Below are positions 1 through 13,286 of a stretch of DNA of 64,000 nucleotides, one piece after another. Both the position numbers and the translations under genes were made by a program. A model generated the notes under the pieces. The model saw only the letters and a list, made by a program, of their open reading frames with translations. It had not been told where the DNA came from and searched no databases. Numbering within the stretch: position 1 is the first letter of the stretch; each line of letters opens with the position of its first letter. The stretch is from NCBI GenBank assembly GCA_038087875.1, contig CM075992.1:1118001-1182000 (forward strand), read 5' to 3'. The DNA is from Malacoraja senta. Lineage: Eukaryota.

Positions 1-1194
1 TCGCGCATGCGTGCTGGACGGGGTCTTCACGTAATCCCTCATCGTAACTCCTCATAAAATACAGATCAAACTTCAAACTGGTAAGTTCTCGTTTAATCTT
101 ACTATTCTTGATTAGTGCAGGAGTCAGAAGTTATGGGGAGAAGGCAGGAAAATGGGGTTAAGAGGGAGAGATCGATCAGCCATGATTGAATGGCGGAGTA
201 GGATTGATGGACCAAATGGCCTAATTCTGCTCCTGTCACTTATGATCTTATGGCGTGGGCAAGTTGGGCCGAAGGGCCTGTTTCCATGCCCATAGTATGT
301 CTATGACTCCAAGAATCAAAACCCAAGCCATTATCATTCTGTTCTGAAGAAGGTTACAGACTTGCCTCTACTGACGCTATTGTGCATTTCCAGATTAATC
401 CTGAGCTTGCCGTTGACAATATCTCTCAGAGAATTCAGATTGTTATCTTAAGTATATTAATCACCTCATGAAGAGTGATATTTAACAGCACCTCAGAGAT
501 TCTGTCCAGGGTACATGGGTTTCACTGAAGTTCCCCAGTGACAACACTCTCTTTCCGGAGTCGAGAGAGGCGTTGGGTGGGAGGCGAGAAGCTGACGGCA
601 TAACCTCCCTATAAATAAGACAGTTTCACACCTGTTCTCCAAATAACTCTGGGAAAGGTTTCATTCACAGGAAGTTGCTCTTCCTGTGTCGACTTTGGAT
701 CAACGCCGCTAACCCTGTTGTCGAGCACCGACATTTTTTGGGAAGCACGAGAACAGAAGTAAAAGCACAAGAGTGCGTCTGATCCTCTACGAAAGCCACA
801 CATTCCCGTATCCCTCGGCTTCATTCATATCCAACAATCCATAAGCCTCGGTAAGGTAGACCAAATATTAACACAATATCGGGGTGGGAGATTGCAACCT
901 TCACGTGGTCCTCCGTTTCAACAAATGCAATCATCCTGGCGTGCACAATCAAATAAGATCAAATAGAACAAAATGTTTAAGAAGGAACTGCAGATGCTCG
1001 AAAATCGAAGGTAGACAAAAATGCTGGAGAAACTCAGCGGGTGCAGCAGCATCTATGGAGCGAAGGAAATAGGCAACGTTTCGGGCATTGACTTCCCTAA
1101 TTTCAGGCAGTTTTTACTTCTCCCCTTCTCAGCTCTCCCTCAGCCCACTGGCTCCACCTCTTCCTTTCTTCTCGAAAGAAGAGGAAGAATGTCT

Positions 1195-1604
1195 ACTCCG
1201 CCATTCAATCATGGCTGATCTAACTCTCCCTCCTAACCCCATTCTCCTGCCTTCTCCCCATAACCCCTGACACCCGTACTAATCAAGAATCCTTCAATCT
1301 CCGCCTTAAAAATATCCATTGACTTGGCCTCCACAGCCGTATGTGGCTATGAATTCCACAGATTCACCACCCTCTGACTAAAGAAATTCCTCCTCATCTC
1401 CTTCCTAAAGGAACATCCTTCAAATTCTGAGACTATGATCTCTAGTCCTAGACTCTCCCACTAGTGGAGACATCCTCTCCAGACTCTCCTGGACTCTCCC
1501 ACTAGTGGAGACATCCTCTCCAGACTCTCCTAGACTCTCCCACTAGTGGAGACATCCTCTCCAGACTCTCCTAGACTCTCCCACTAGTGGAGACATCCTC
1601 TCCA
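1195..1604 (-). mobile_element. CR1-type LINE 3' fragment with a 41-bp unit tandemly repeated about 4 times at its truncated end (1448-1604)
   Basis: CR1 ORF2 C-terminus and 3' UTR on the minus strand; unit ctagactctcccactagtggagacatcctctccagactctc. Confidence 0.75.
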
Positions 1605-2136
1605 GTTGTGTGAGTGGGAGGAAGCATGGTTTGGTTTAGTTGCTGATGTAGACGATAGACAACTAACAGACGATACACACCCATTACGCAACCATGTGCC
1701 CCCTCCTAGGTGGTTCAAATCCTGTAAGGGCTTCCTAACCAGCGTCACCCCATTGGAAACAACACCAACTGAAGCTGGCCTCCAGCTGTGCAAGGACAGA
1801 CTAGCCACTGTCCCTATTTCCACCAAGTTGGGCACACACCAGCAGCAGAGCGCTGACCACCAGCTGCTGATGAACACTGGCTGAACTGGAGATGTCTCAA
1901 CCGGCTGCGAACCGGGGTCGGGCGGTCAAGGGTGACAATGCACAAATGGGGCTACATCGAGGGTACATCAACCTGTGACTGTGGCACACAGACCCAGACA
2001 AAGCAACACCTACTGCAATGCCCATTGCTGGATAATCCATGTACTACTGCAGACCTTGCATTTAACATTCCAATAGCCCAACGATGTGTACCGCAGTGGC
2101 GAGCCACGATATAGCATAAGGACACGGAAGAAGAAG
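1605..2136 (+). mobile_element. Ingi/Vingi-like non-LTR retrotransposon 3' fragment
   Basis: Degenerate HPL...PPR.KS..GF, then LNRLRTGVGR..TMHKWGY..CDCG..QT.QHLLQCP (C-terminal CCHC), ending in ggacacg-gaagaagaag. Confidence 0.55.
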
Positions 2137-2805
2137 CACTGATGCATAACCTCCTTTTGCAAACACAGTAGCTAGCCCGGCCACACCATTCCAATAACAA
2201 TGTGGATAATGCTTGTGGTTCGGGGTCCCTGTAGACCCAATTTATTCCACAGATTCCTTGCGTCTTGCTGAACCAGTGCGCACACACTGTCACGGTGAGA
2301 CAAGCCCTCAACTTTTACTCTTTGGTCTAACTCCACTGGAGACACAAGAGGCTGATGTCAGGTCTTGTATTTGAGAAGGTGGGTACGTACATCGACTTTC
2401 AATGCTATATCATGTAAGACTGGAGTTACATTGGCCAGTAAAAGGGTAAACAACTGGTTTCCTTCCTTGGAGAGCATTAGCAGATCAGTTGGTTCAACAA
2501 TCTAGTGGCTTTTATGCTTTGCTTTCTAGAGTCAGTTCACACAACACCCGATTTATTCGTTCGATTTTGTGTCTAGGTGGGATTTGATGGTTGAGTTGAG
2601 TTTATGGTCATGTGTACTGAGGTGCAGTGACAAGCTTTTGTTGCGTGCTAACCAGTCAGCGGAAAGACAATACATGATTACAATCGAACCGTCCACATTG
2701 GACAGATACATGATGAAGGGAATAACGGGAATAACATTTAGTGCAAGACAAAGTCAGTAAAGTCCAACCAAAGATAGTCCGAGGGTCTCCAATGGAGTAC
2801 ATGGT

Positions 2806-3682
2806 AGCCACAGTTTAAGAATAAGGGGTGGGCCATTTAGAACGGAGACGAGGAAACACTTTTTCTCACAGAGAGTGGTGAGTCTGTGGAATTCTCTGCC
2901 TCAGAGGGCGGTGGAGGCAGGTTCTCTGGATACTTTCAAGAGAGAGCTAGATAGGGCTCTTAAAGATAGCGGAGTCAGGGGATATGGGGAGAAGGCAGGA
3001 ACAGGGGTACTGATTGGGGATGATCAGCCATGATCACATTTATTTATTTATTTATTTATTTATTTATTCCGAACAAGTAAAGACATTAAAGACATTGATA
3101 TTAACAAAATCGAAATTATCAAACAATTGAACATTGCAATCAACATTTACAAATGAGAAGAACAAAATCAAGGTTCCAATGTCCAACTCAGAGTCTGTAC
3201 AAGCTCGAAAAGGAGTGAGAAGAAGAATAACTTATTAAATCTCACCCCTTTTCCCACACTTCTATCGTATTTAAAAATCAATTCCTTACTAATAATAGTA
3301 CTGCCCTAGGCAATTTCCCATAATACATACAGACACTTATATACATACAACTATTATGTACATACAATCTTCATATTTGAAGTACCCAACATCAGTGAAC
3401 AATAGTAAACAAGATAAACATCAACAATAGTAACAAGATAAACATCAACGATTGTAAACAAGATAAACATCAACCCCCACTTGTCAACCATCCCCTCCAT
3501 CCCTGTACCCCTTGAGCATTATTTTTTTTTTTATATATCATTTTAAAATGATTCATGTTTGTGCATTGCTTCAATTCCCCGTTCAATTTATTCCACACTC
3601 CTACTCCACACATTGAATGGCGGTGCTGGCTCGAAGGGCCAAATGGCCTCTACTCCTGCACCTATTGTCTGTTGTCTATTGT
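2806..3682 (+). mobile_element. CR1/HER1-like 3' end interrupted by a nested element
   Basis: GHSLRIRG...GYGEKAGTGY end and (ctattgt) tail; split at CACATT (3035-3040 and 3609-3614). Confidence 0.85.
3041..3608 (-). mobile_element. Crack/L2-group LINE 3' fragment nested in a CR1 tail
   Basis: Minus strand reads GVGVWNKLNGELKQCTNMNHFK; 3' UTR motif ggggtgagatttaataagttattcttcttctcactccttttcgagc; (taaa)n tail; CACATT direct repeats on both sides. Confidence 0.65.
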
Positions 3683-4165
3683 CTCTCTAGTTGTTGGTAG
3701 GATGATAACATTGCACTGCAGGGTTGCACACACTGCAGAAAGGGGAGTCACAATGATTCACCTTCCTGGCTAGAATCCTGCTGGTACAAAGATTAATAAC
3801 TTACATTGATTTAATACTCTGCTGCTTATTACAGGAATCCATTACACTGGCTGTGGGCAAAGCATTTAAGATGCGGCCATGAGTTCTTTATTCTACAGCA
3901 CCTCATCTTTCCATTATTCCTACAAGCAGATTAGTTACTTGGTGGTCGGCATGAACATGGGGATATAAAGTTTAGTTTAGCTAACAGAGAGATACAGCGC
4001 AGAAACAGAGCTTACAGAGAGATACAGCCTTCAGCCCACTCAGTCCACCCCGACTAGCAATCTCTCCGTACACTAGGACTATCCTACACACACTAGGGAC
4101 AATTTACAAATTAATCTACAAACCTGTACATGTCTTTGGAGTGTAGGAGGAAGACCAGAGCACCA

Positions 4166-4592
4166 ATACTCGCTAGAATTTAGGAGATTGAGAGGGGATC
4201 TTATAGAAACGTACAAAATTCTTATGGGGTTGGACAGGCTAGATGCAGGAAGATTGTTCCCGATGTTGGGGAAGTCCAGGACAAGGGGTCACAGCTTAAG
4301 GATAAGGGGGAAATCCTTTAAGACCGAGATGAGGAAAAACTTTTTCACACAGAGAGTGGTGAATCTCTGGAACTCTCTGCCACAGAGGGTAGTTGAGGCC
4401 AGTTCATTGGCTATATTTAAGAGGGAGTTAGATGTGGCCCTTGTGGCTAAGGGGATCAGGGGGTATGGAGAGAAGGCAGGTACGGGATACTGAGTTGGAT
4501 GATCAGCCATGATCATATTGAATGGCGGTGCAGGCTCGAAGGGCCAAATGGCCTACTCCTGCACCTATTTTCTATGTATCTATGTATCTATG
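4166..4592 (+). mobile_element. CR1/HER1-like LINE 3' end nested in a minus-strand HE1 SINE (3970-4712)
   Basis: RGDLIETYKILMGLDRLDAGRLFPMLGKSRTRGHSLRIRG...GYGEKAGTGY plus (ctatgtat)n tail. Confidence 0.9.
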
Positions 4593-4927
4593 TACCTGGA
4601 GGAAGCCCACGTGGTCACAGGGAGAACGTACAAACTCTGTCTAGACAGGACCTGGAGTCAGGATGGAACCCGGGTCTCTGGCGCTGTGAGGCAGCAACTC
4701 TACCGCTGTGCCATCCCTTTCTGTGAGCCCTTTCTAAAGGACACCTTCTCTGTGCTGTACGACTCCATTAAAGACTGACTACTTTGGAACAGAGCCCACC
4801 AGTTCAAAAACCCAGGTAGTAACACGGGTGCCAAATAAAACCAAGGATCAGAACACCATTACCAAAGTCATCAATCATTCAAATTGTTACCGAGTAAGCC
4901 ATTGGATTACTGGAAATACTGTAAGTT

Positions 4928-5170
4928 GGCACGGTGACGCAGCGGTAGAGTTGCTGCCTTACAGTGCCAGAGACCTGGGTTCGATCCTGACCACGGGTGC
5001 TGTCTGTACGGAGTTTGTACAATATCTCCGTGACCCTAGTATACGCCGGGTTAATTGGTTCCTGTAAATTGTCCCTAGTGTGTAGGATAGAACCAGTGAA
5101 AGGGTCATTGATTGACGGGACTCGGTGGGCCGAAGGGCCTGATTCCATGCTGTATCTCTAAACTAGACTA
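4928..5170 (+). mobile_element. HE1-like tRNA-derived V-SINE (internally deleted)
   Basis: A box ggtgacgcagcggta, B box ggttcgatcc, CR1-like tail gggccgaagggcctg...tatctctaaact. Confidence 0.8.
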
Positions 5171-5409
5171 GGAGACCATTTGACCCACTGAGTCTATTCT
5201 GGCTCTCAAAGCAATCCCATCCTTGTCAGCAGTTCTTGTAAGCTGTTCTCTCACAAGTTCATTAATCACGTATTGTCTTTCCGCTGACTGGTTTACATGC
5301 AAAAGCCTTTCACTGCACCTCGGTACAGGTGACAATAAACTAAACCCAAACGCAAACTAATACCACTCTGAATCTCACGGTTGCATGACAATTATCAGTC
5401 ACCTATCAA

Positions 5410-5750
5410 CCAGCTACAGAGACCACATCACAAACGAGGAGATCTACTGGGAAACTGCAACAGAGCCTCTCAGCCAGGACATAGAGGGACCCAGGATGAA
5501 ATCTGCAGGACATGTACTCAGAATGTCACCAGAACTTGCACCTTAGATTGCAATGACATGGCAAGCTGACGGAAGGAGGAAAAGAGGCCGACCAAAACTC
5601 ACATGGAGGCGAACATTCCAGAAGGATTTGGAAGCCCGGGAAGCAAACCTATCGAGGGTGGAAGACGTCGCACATCACCAAACAGAACGGCGAAATCTTG
5701 CTGCCCAATGCACTCAACAGTGAGGGAGGAACTAAGTCTAAGTCTAAGTA
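5410..5750 (+). mobile_element. RTE-clade LINE 3' fragment
   Basis: Degenerate GHVLRM...GRRKRGRPK.TWRRTF, ending in a (ctaagt)n tail. Confidence 0.6.
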
Positions 5751-6509
5751 TCAACCAGTACATACTGGGGATCTGAGAGAATCTGTTGGAAGCCCATGAC
5801 TCACAGGGTGAACATACACACACATATTGCTCATTGCCAACTATAGATGCCATAGTCAAACCCAGGTCATTGAAACCATGCAGCTATGGACTGAGCTGTA
5901 GCTGCCCTGCATCCCACACGTTCCCTAAAGAGACCAAAACCGTACACAGTACTGTTTCCCAATCCCACTGATGCTCTTGCACAACTATAGCATAACTTCC
6001 CGACTTTTGTACCGAGGTAATGCCTTCAGCGGCTTCAATGCCGGCTGCAGGAAGTGCCCCTGGGACACAAAGATGGCCGGGCGAGGATCGGAGTGGGCCA
6101 TCGGTTCGTTGGCCGATCTGGTCGAAGGTGACGGAGGGAGGCCCCTGCAGGAGCCTGGGGCTTACCTGGATCGTGAGCCGCTCCACCAGGCCAAGCGCAC
6201 AGGCGGACTGGACTTCGGAAACGGCACCAAAACATGGCGACCGACGCCCGCACGTGTAAGATATGCAACATGCGACTTCCACTGTGCGGTTGCACGTGGG
6301 ATAAATGAAACACCACGGAACCGTTTGTACTCAAGCAAAACGCAAAGTGCTGGAGGAACTCAGCAGATCAGGCTGTCTTGCCACAGCTGCCGGCCCCCAT
6401 AGCAGAAGGGTCCACGTGGCGGGGCTGGAAACTGGACGTATCCTGAGCTAACTCTGCTGCCACCATCATCTGTTGCAACAAGTGATGGCTCTCACTGATT
6501 GTCGCTGGA

Positions 6510-7110
6510 AGACAATAGACAATAGACAACAGGTGCAGGAGTTGGTCATTTGGCCCCTCGAGCCAGCACCGCCATTCAATGTGATCATGGCTGATCATCC
6601 CCAATCAGTACCCCGTTCCTGCCTTCTCCCCATATCCCCTGACTCCGCTATTTTTAAAAGCCCTATCTAGCTCTCTCTTGAAAGCATCCAGAGAACCTGC
6701 CTCCACCGCCCTCTGAGGCAGAGAATTCCACAGACTCACCACTCTCTGTGAGAAAATGTGTTTCCTCGTCTTCGTTCTAAATGGCTTACTCCTTATTCTT
6801 AACCTGTGGCCCCTGGTTCTGGACTCCCCCAACATCGGGAACATGTTTCCTGCCTCTAGCGTGTCCAAGCCCTTAACAATCTTATATGTTTCAATGAGAT
6901 GCCCTCTCATCCTTCTAAACTCCAGAGTGTACAAGCCCAGCCGCTCCATTCTCTCAGCATATGACAGTCCCGCCATCCCGGGAATTAACCTTGTAAACCT
7001 ACGCTGCACTCCCTCAATAGCAAGAATGTCCTTCCTCAAATTAGGGGACCAAAACTGCACACAATACTCCAGGTGTGGTCTCACTAGGGCCCTGTACAAC
7101 TGCAGAAGGA
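6510..7110 (-). mobile_element. CR1/HER1-like LINE 3' end
   Basis: ORF 6605-7099 [40 protein letters not shown]...GYGEKAGTGY; (ctattgt)n tail. Confidence 0.92.
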
Positions 7111-7255
7111 CTTTTCAGGACGGATGATTACAGCGAGGTCAACATTTGTAACATGGACATGGACATGGAAGAAGAAGAAGCCACAGTTGCCTTGCCAAAA
7201 GCAAATACATGATAAGAGTCACGCTGTGTAGCTCAAAGGTCACAAAGCCACTTAC

Positions 7256-7429
7256 CAAAATCTCCCGGTGAGCCATGAGCACCGCAAAGTTGGTGAGGTG
7301 ACTGCAGGCACAGGCGGTGTGCGTCTTGTTGCTTTCTATCAGTCGACAGCCTTGCGTTGACCAGAATCCCATCATGGAACGCTCCGAATAGTTCCAGAAA
7401 GAGCAGTTGGCATTGAAATGGTTTTCTGA
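7256..7429 (-). CDS. ADGRL1: ADGRL1 exon, GPS autoproteolysis motif and Stachel peptide (174 nt, phase 0-0)
   Basis: tctttcag|TCA GAA AAC ... ATT TTG|gtaagt. [58 protein letters not shown], with an intact HL|T site. Confidence 0.97.
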
Positions 7430-7810
7430 CTGAAAGAAGAGAATAACATTTAAATCCCAGCAACTAAGACATCAGATGTGGCTCAACTCCTTTCATCCTA
7501 AAAAGGTTCAACTCCCCCCTTCTATTTAGCCTGTTGTACAGAATTCAATTGTCCTCCATGCCTTCCCATCAGTCCATCCACTAATATCTCACAGCCTTGA
7601 CCCTCCTCTTGACTTTCATTTCTTTCTTCGGGTTTCCGAAAACTCGAAGATCCTCCCACTCACAATCCTTGAGAACCACTTTAATTATAGCACTTACTAG
7701 CACAGAAAATGCCACAAGTTCTAACCTCTTCCCATTCACTTCATCCAATAGATTTTTAAATCCTTCTATCCGAGGAGAACTTTGTAACTCTTTGTGGAGA
7801 TACGCTCAAG

Positions 7811-8015
7811 AATGTAGGAAAGAACTGCAGATGCTGGTTTAAATCGAAGGTAGACACAAAATGCTGGAGTAACTCAGCGGGACAGGCAGCATCTCTGGAG
7901 AGAAGGAATGGGAGAAGGAGTCTGAAGAAGGGCCTTGACCCGAAACGTCACCCATTCCTTCTCTCCAGAGATGGTGCCTGTCCCGCTGAGTTACTCCAGC
8001 ATTTTGTGTCTATCC
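7811..8015. mobile_element. Penelope-like terminal repeats in inverted (hairpin) arrangement
   Basis: tgctggagtaactcagcgggacaggcagcatctctggagagaaggaatgg and its reverse complement, around ctgaagaagggccttgacccgaaacgtc. Confidence 0.8.
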
Positions 8016-8389
8016 TCCAGAGTGGGTGGGCTTTGACGAGTACAGGGAATTCTCAGCAGGAAGGGTTGGCCGATGGATGAAAATTGCTCAGGACACTGAG
8101 AGTGTTTGGCTCTTTCAAAAGTGCCATGGAGTTTTTCCACATCTATCTGACACTCTGACAAAGCAGCAGTCCTTTGGTGTTCCATTGGCCAGTGGTGGTT
8201 GGAATAGGGGGTTGGATCCTACAACTTCTGCTTCTGAGGTGGGAGTTCTGGCAAAAGGAAAAGCCATGTTAATATTCCATTTGGAGTGTAAAGTTGGGTG
8301 TTGAGGACTCCCGTTGTTTGGGTGCTCTGGAAAAGAAAAGAAAGGAGGAAACAGGTGCCTAGAAATTGAAAGGTATGCAAAGTTAACTC

Positions 8390-8684
8390 TTGAGTTGCTG
8401 CCACAAAGCGCTAGAGACCTGGGTTCAATCCTGACTACGGGGTGCTGTCTGTACGGAGTTTGTACCTTTGTACATTCTGCATGTCTGTGCATTGTGTGTG
8501 GGTTTTCTCCAGGTGCTCCAGTTTCCTCCCGCACTCCAAAGGTTTGTAGGTTAATTGGCTCGGTAAAATTGTAAATTGTCCCTGGTGCGTGTAGGGTAGT
8601 GTTAGCGTGCGGGGATCGCTGGTTGGCGCGGACTCAGTGGGCTGAAGGGCCTGTTTCTGCACTGCATCTCTATACTAAACTAAA
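8390..8684 (+). mobile_element. HE1-like V-SINE
   Basis: B box ggttcaatcc, V-domain ggtttcctccc.cactccaaa, tail ...tctctatactaaactaaa. Confidence 0.8.
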
Positions 8685-8802
8685 TGTGGGCTGAGAAGAA
8701 ACACAATGACAAATGAGGTCACCAAAAACGGTGAAAACTATGAAAACTTTGCTATTAGCATAATTGGAAAGCAGGTACTAGAAATATATTAAAATCTTAG
8801 GA

Positions 8803-10148
<1,346 letters not shown>

Positions 10149-10600
10149 GTTGTGGACTGGTAGTAGCAAATTCACTTGAGAAATGGACTGTGCAGAAGGA
10201 GGCAGTGCCATTACAATGATCTGTCCATTACAGCCCCAGGCAACCATCGGGAGGAGATCAAATGGAGCGGGGATCATGAAAAAAAAGCAGTGGAGGGGAT
10301 GGGTGGAGAGAGCGGGTAACAACTTGAGCATAGCTGTGGGTGGCCCCTAGGGCATGTTGTCAGATCTATTATTGTGGGAGCTGCAACCACAGTCATCAAT
10401 TCACAGCTATCGCTGCCTATGCAGAGAATGACTAGCAATGAAGAAATAAAACTTGTCGGGGTCATTTTCGAGACAGAAAAACAATTCCTCAGCATTGGCG
10501 AATGGAAAAACAATTTCAATCAAGGCTTCACTACCTTCAGCATATGTATTCCTAAATGATATGAGCAGAATTCGGCCAGTGCCAGTATTCGGCCAGTATC

Positions 10601-10948
10601 AGGACGACAGATGGCGCAATGGGCTAAGTGTTCGGCTGGCAACCGGAAGGTAGCCGGTTCGAACCCCGCTTGGAGTGCATACTGTCGTTGTGTCCTTGGG
10701 CAAGACACTTCACCCACCTTTGCCTGCGTGTGAATGTGTGTGAATGTGTGTGAATGTGTGTGAGTGATTGGCGGTGGTCGGAGGGGCAGATTAGCAGCCA
10801 CGCTTCCGTCAGTCTGCCCCAGGGCAGCTGTGGCTACAGAAGTAGCTTACCACCACCGAGTGTGACTGAGGAGTGAATGAATAATGCGATGTAAAGCGCC
10901 TTGAGTATTAGAAAGGCGTTATATAAATCCCATCCATTATTATTATTT
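10601..10948 (+). mobile_element. AFC-like CORE-SINE (tRNA head, CORE, L2-type tail)
   Basis: A box atggcgcaatgggct, B box ggttcgaacccc, gtgtccttgggcaagacactt, ccgtcagtctgccccagggcagctgtggctac, tail tgtaaagcgccttgag..gaaaggcgttatataaat..(att)n. Confidence 0.75.
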
Positions 10949-11125
10949 GCTAACCTGTTTGGCAGCAGCAAAAGGAAGCCAGCAGGTTTCATTTGCTGCA
11001 GGGAAGGGACTGCAGATGCTGGTTTAAACCACTGTATCTCTAAAATAAACTAAACTAGAGTGCAATAGTCCCACTACCGCCTGTGTGATTGCATGCTGCA
11101 AGGTGGGAGAGAGGCATACTGAGTC

Positions 11126-11535
11126 ATAGAAACATAGAAAATAGGTGCAGGAGGAGGCCATTCGGCCCTTCGAGCCAGCACCGCCATTCATTGTGATCAT
11201 GGCTGATCGTCCCCTATCAATAACCCGTGCCTGCCTTCTCCCCATATCCTTTGATTCCACTAGCCCCTAGAGCTCTATCTAACTCTCTCTTAAATCCATC
11301 CAGTGACTTGGCCTCCACTGCCCTCTGTGGCAGGGAATTCCACAAATTCACAACTCTCTGGGTGAATTTTTTTTTCTCACCTCAGTCTTAAATGGCCTCC
11401 CCTTTATTCCAAGACTGTGGCCCCTGGTTCTGGACTCGCCCAACATTGGGAACATTTTTCCTGCATCTAGCTTGTCCAGTCCTTTTATAATTTTATATGT
11501 TTCTATAAGTTCCCCCCCCTCATCCTTCTAAACAC
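11126..11535 (-). mobile_element. CR1/HER1-like LINE 3' end
   Basis: Same ORF2 end and (ctatgttt) tail as the other copies. Confidence 0.88.
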
Positions 11536-11680
11536 CAGTGAGTACAAGCCTGGTCTTTTCCCACACGTATATGCAAGGCTGTACCTGCTGGAGCAGAGTG
11601 GCTGTGTTGCTGCCACTGTGTACGTGTGCTACAGCGAGTTGTGCCAGGGTGTGGTGAGATCCTACCTCATTAATACCTAC

Positions 11681-11886
11681 ATCAAGGTGCTGCAGGGTGA
11701 AGATCACGGGCTCGGTGAGGAAGACCCGGCTGGATTCCTTGTTGATGGAGGCGGCGATGATCTGAGAGTTGACAACAATGGAGTTGCCCTGGCCGCCCAT
11801 GTCTGACCCCATCCTGATTGTGGCGTTCTCCGTCGACAGAAACTGGCCAAGGTTGTTGTAGAGTATTAAAACCACCTTGACAACAC
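11681..11886 (-). CDS. ADGRL1: ADGRL1 exon, GAIN subdomain B (206 nt, phase 1-0)
   Basis: ttctgcag|GT GTT GTC ... CTT GAT|gtaggt. [27 protein letters not shown]...[23 protein letters not shown]. Confidence 0.95.
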
Positions 11887-12322
11887 CTGCAGAAAGCACA
11901 GCAGGCTTTAGCAATTAGAGGCACAGGTTTGAGTAGCTTGTTGTCATGTGGACCGAGCTCGTACCGAGGTAATGGTATCAAGCTACAGTGGAAAGAAGAG
12001 ATGCTGGGATCTCGAGCAAAAAACCAATGCTTTTTTCTTTTTTTTTTTTCTTCATACAAAATGCTTTTATTCAGAACAAACAAAAATACACGATCAAAGA
12101 ATGCCTATATTAAACCAATGCTATTGGAAGTCAGAAGTATCTGTGGAAGGAATGTTTAGGAAGGGACTGCAGATACTGGTTTAAACTGAAGATAGACATA
12201 AAACACTGGAGCAATTCAGCGTGTCAGACAGCATCTCTGGAGAGGAGGGCTAGGTGAAGACCCTTCTTCAGACTAAGCCAGGGTAAAGGGGAATGAGAGA
12301 TATAGACTGTGGTATGGAGAGA

Positions 12323-12886
12323 TATAACCATATAACCATATAACCATAACAGCACGGAAACAGGCCATCTCGGCCCTTCAAGTCCGTGCCGAACATTTTT
12401 TTAATTTTTTTTAAATTAAAAATAAATACTTCCCCCTAGTCCCATCTACCTGCACTCAGACCATAACCCTCCATTCCTTTCCCTTTCATATACCCATCCA
12501 ATCTATTTTTAAAGGATAACATCGAACCTGCCTCCACCACTTCCACTGGAAGCTCATTCCACACAGCTACCACTCTCTGAGTAAAGAAGTTCCCCCTAAT
12601 GTTCCCCCTAAACTTCTGTCCCTTAATTCTCAAGTCATGTCCCCTTGTTTGAATCTTCCCTACTCTCAATGGGAAAAGCTTATCCACGTCCACTCTGTCT
12701 AACCCGCTCATAATTTTAAAGACCTCTATCAAGTCCCCTCTTAACCTTCTGCGCTCCAAAGAATAAAGACCTAACTTGTTCAACCTTTCTCTGTAACTTA
12801 GTTGCTGAAACCCAGGCAACATTCTAGTAAATCTCCTCTGTACTCTCTCTATTTTGTTGACATCCTTCCTATAATTAGGCGACCAA
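12323..12886 (-). mobile_element. CR1 LINE 3' end, (tatatggt)n-tailed subfamily
   Basis: WSPNYRKDVNKIERVQRRFTRMLPG...EGYGLSAGRWD; near-identical copies at 35182-35604 (+) and 52838-53165 (-). Confidence 0.9.
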
Positions 12887-12993
12887 ACTAATAGAACTAA
12901 TGAATGAAATATATGCAAAAAGCAACGATGGTCAAGGACAGATGGAGCCCGCAAGGTTGTGGGATAGGTGATAATCAGTTGTACAGACAGTAT

Positions 12994-13286
12994 GTTTAAG
13001 AAGGAACTGCAGATGCTGGAGAATCGAAGGTAGACAAAATTGCTGGAGAAACTCAGCGGGTGCAGCAGCATCTATGGAGCGAAGGAAATAGGCAACGTTT
13101 CGGGCCTATCAGGACGATCAGCCATGATCACAATGAATGGCGGTGCTGGCTCGAAGGGCCGAATGGCCTACTCCTGCACCTATTTTCTATGTTTCTATGG
13201 GCCAAAACCTTTCGGCCCGAAACGTTGCCTATTTCCTTCGCTCCATAGATGCTGCCGCACCCGCTGAGTTTCTCCAGCGATTTTGT
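12994..13286. mobile_element. Penelope-like inverted terminal repeats with a CR1 tail nested in the centre
   Basis: Flanked by gtac(a/g)gacagtat direct repeats (12981-12993 and 13287-13299); CR1 tail 13107-13198 lies between gggcc duplications. Confidence 0.8.

Noticed and set aside
1..105. CpG-rich start ending in ggtaagttc, reminiscent of a DIRS-type terminus
   Set aside because: Too short and cut by the window edge to classify.
1..7255. Searched for the first transmembrane exon of ADGRL1
   Set aside because: No matching peptide found; it presumably lies before position 1.
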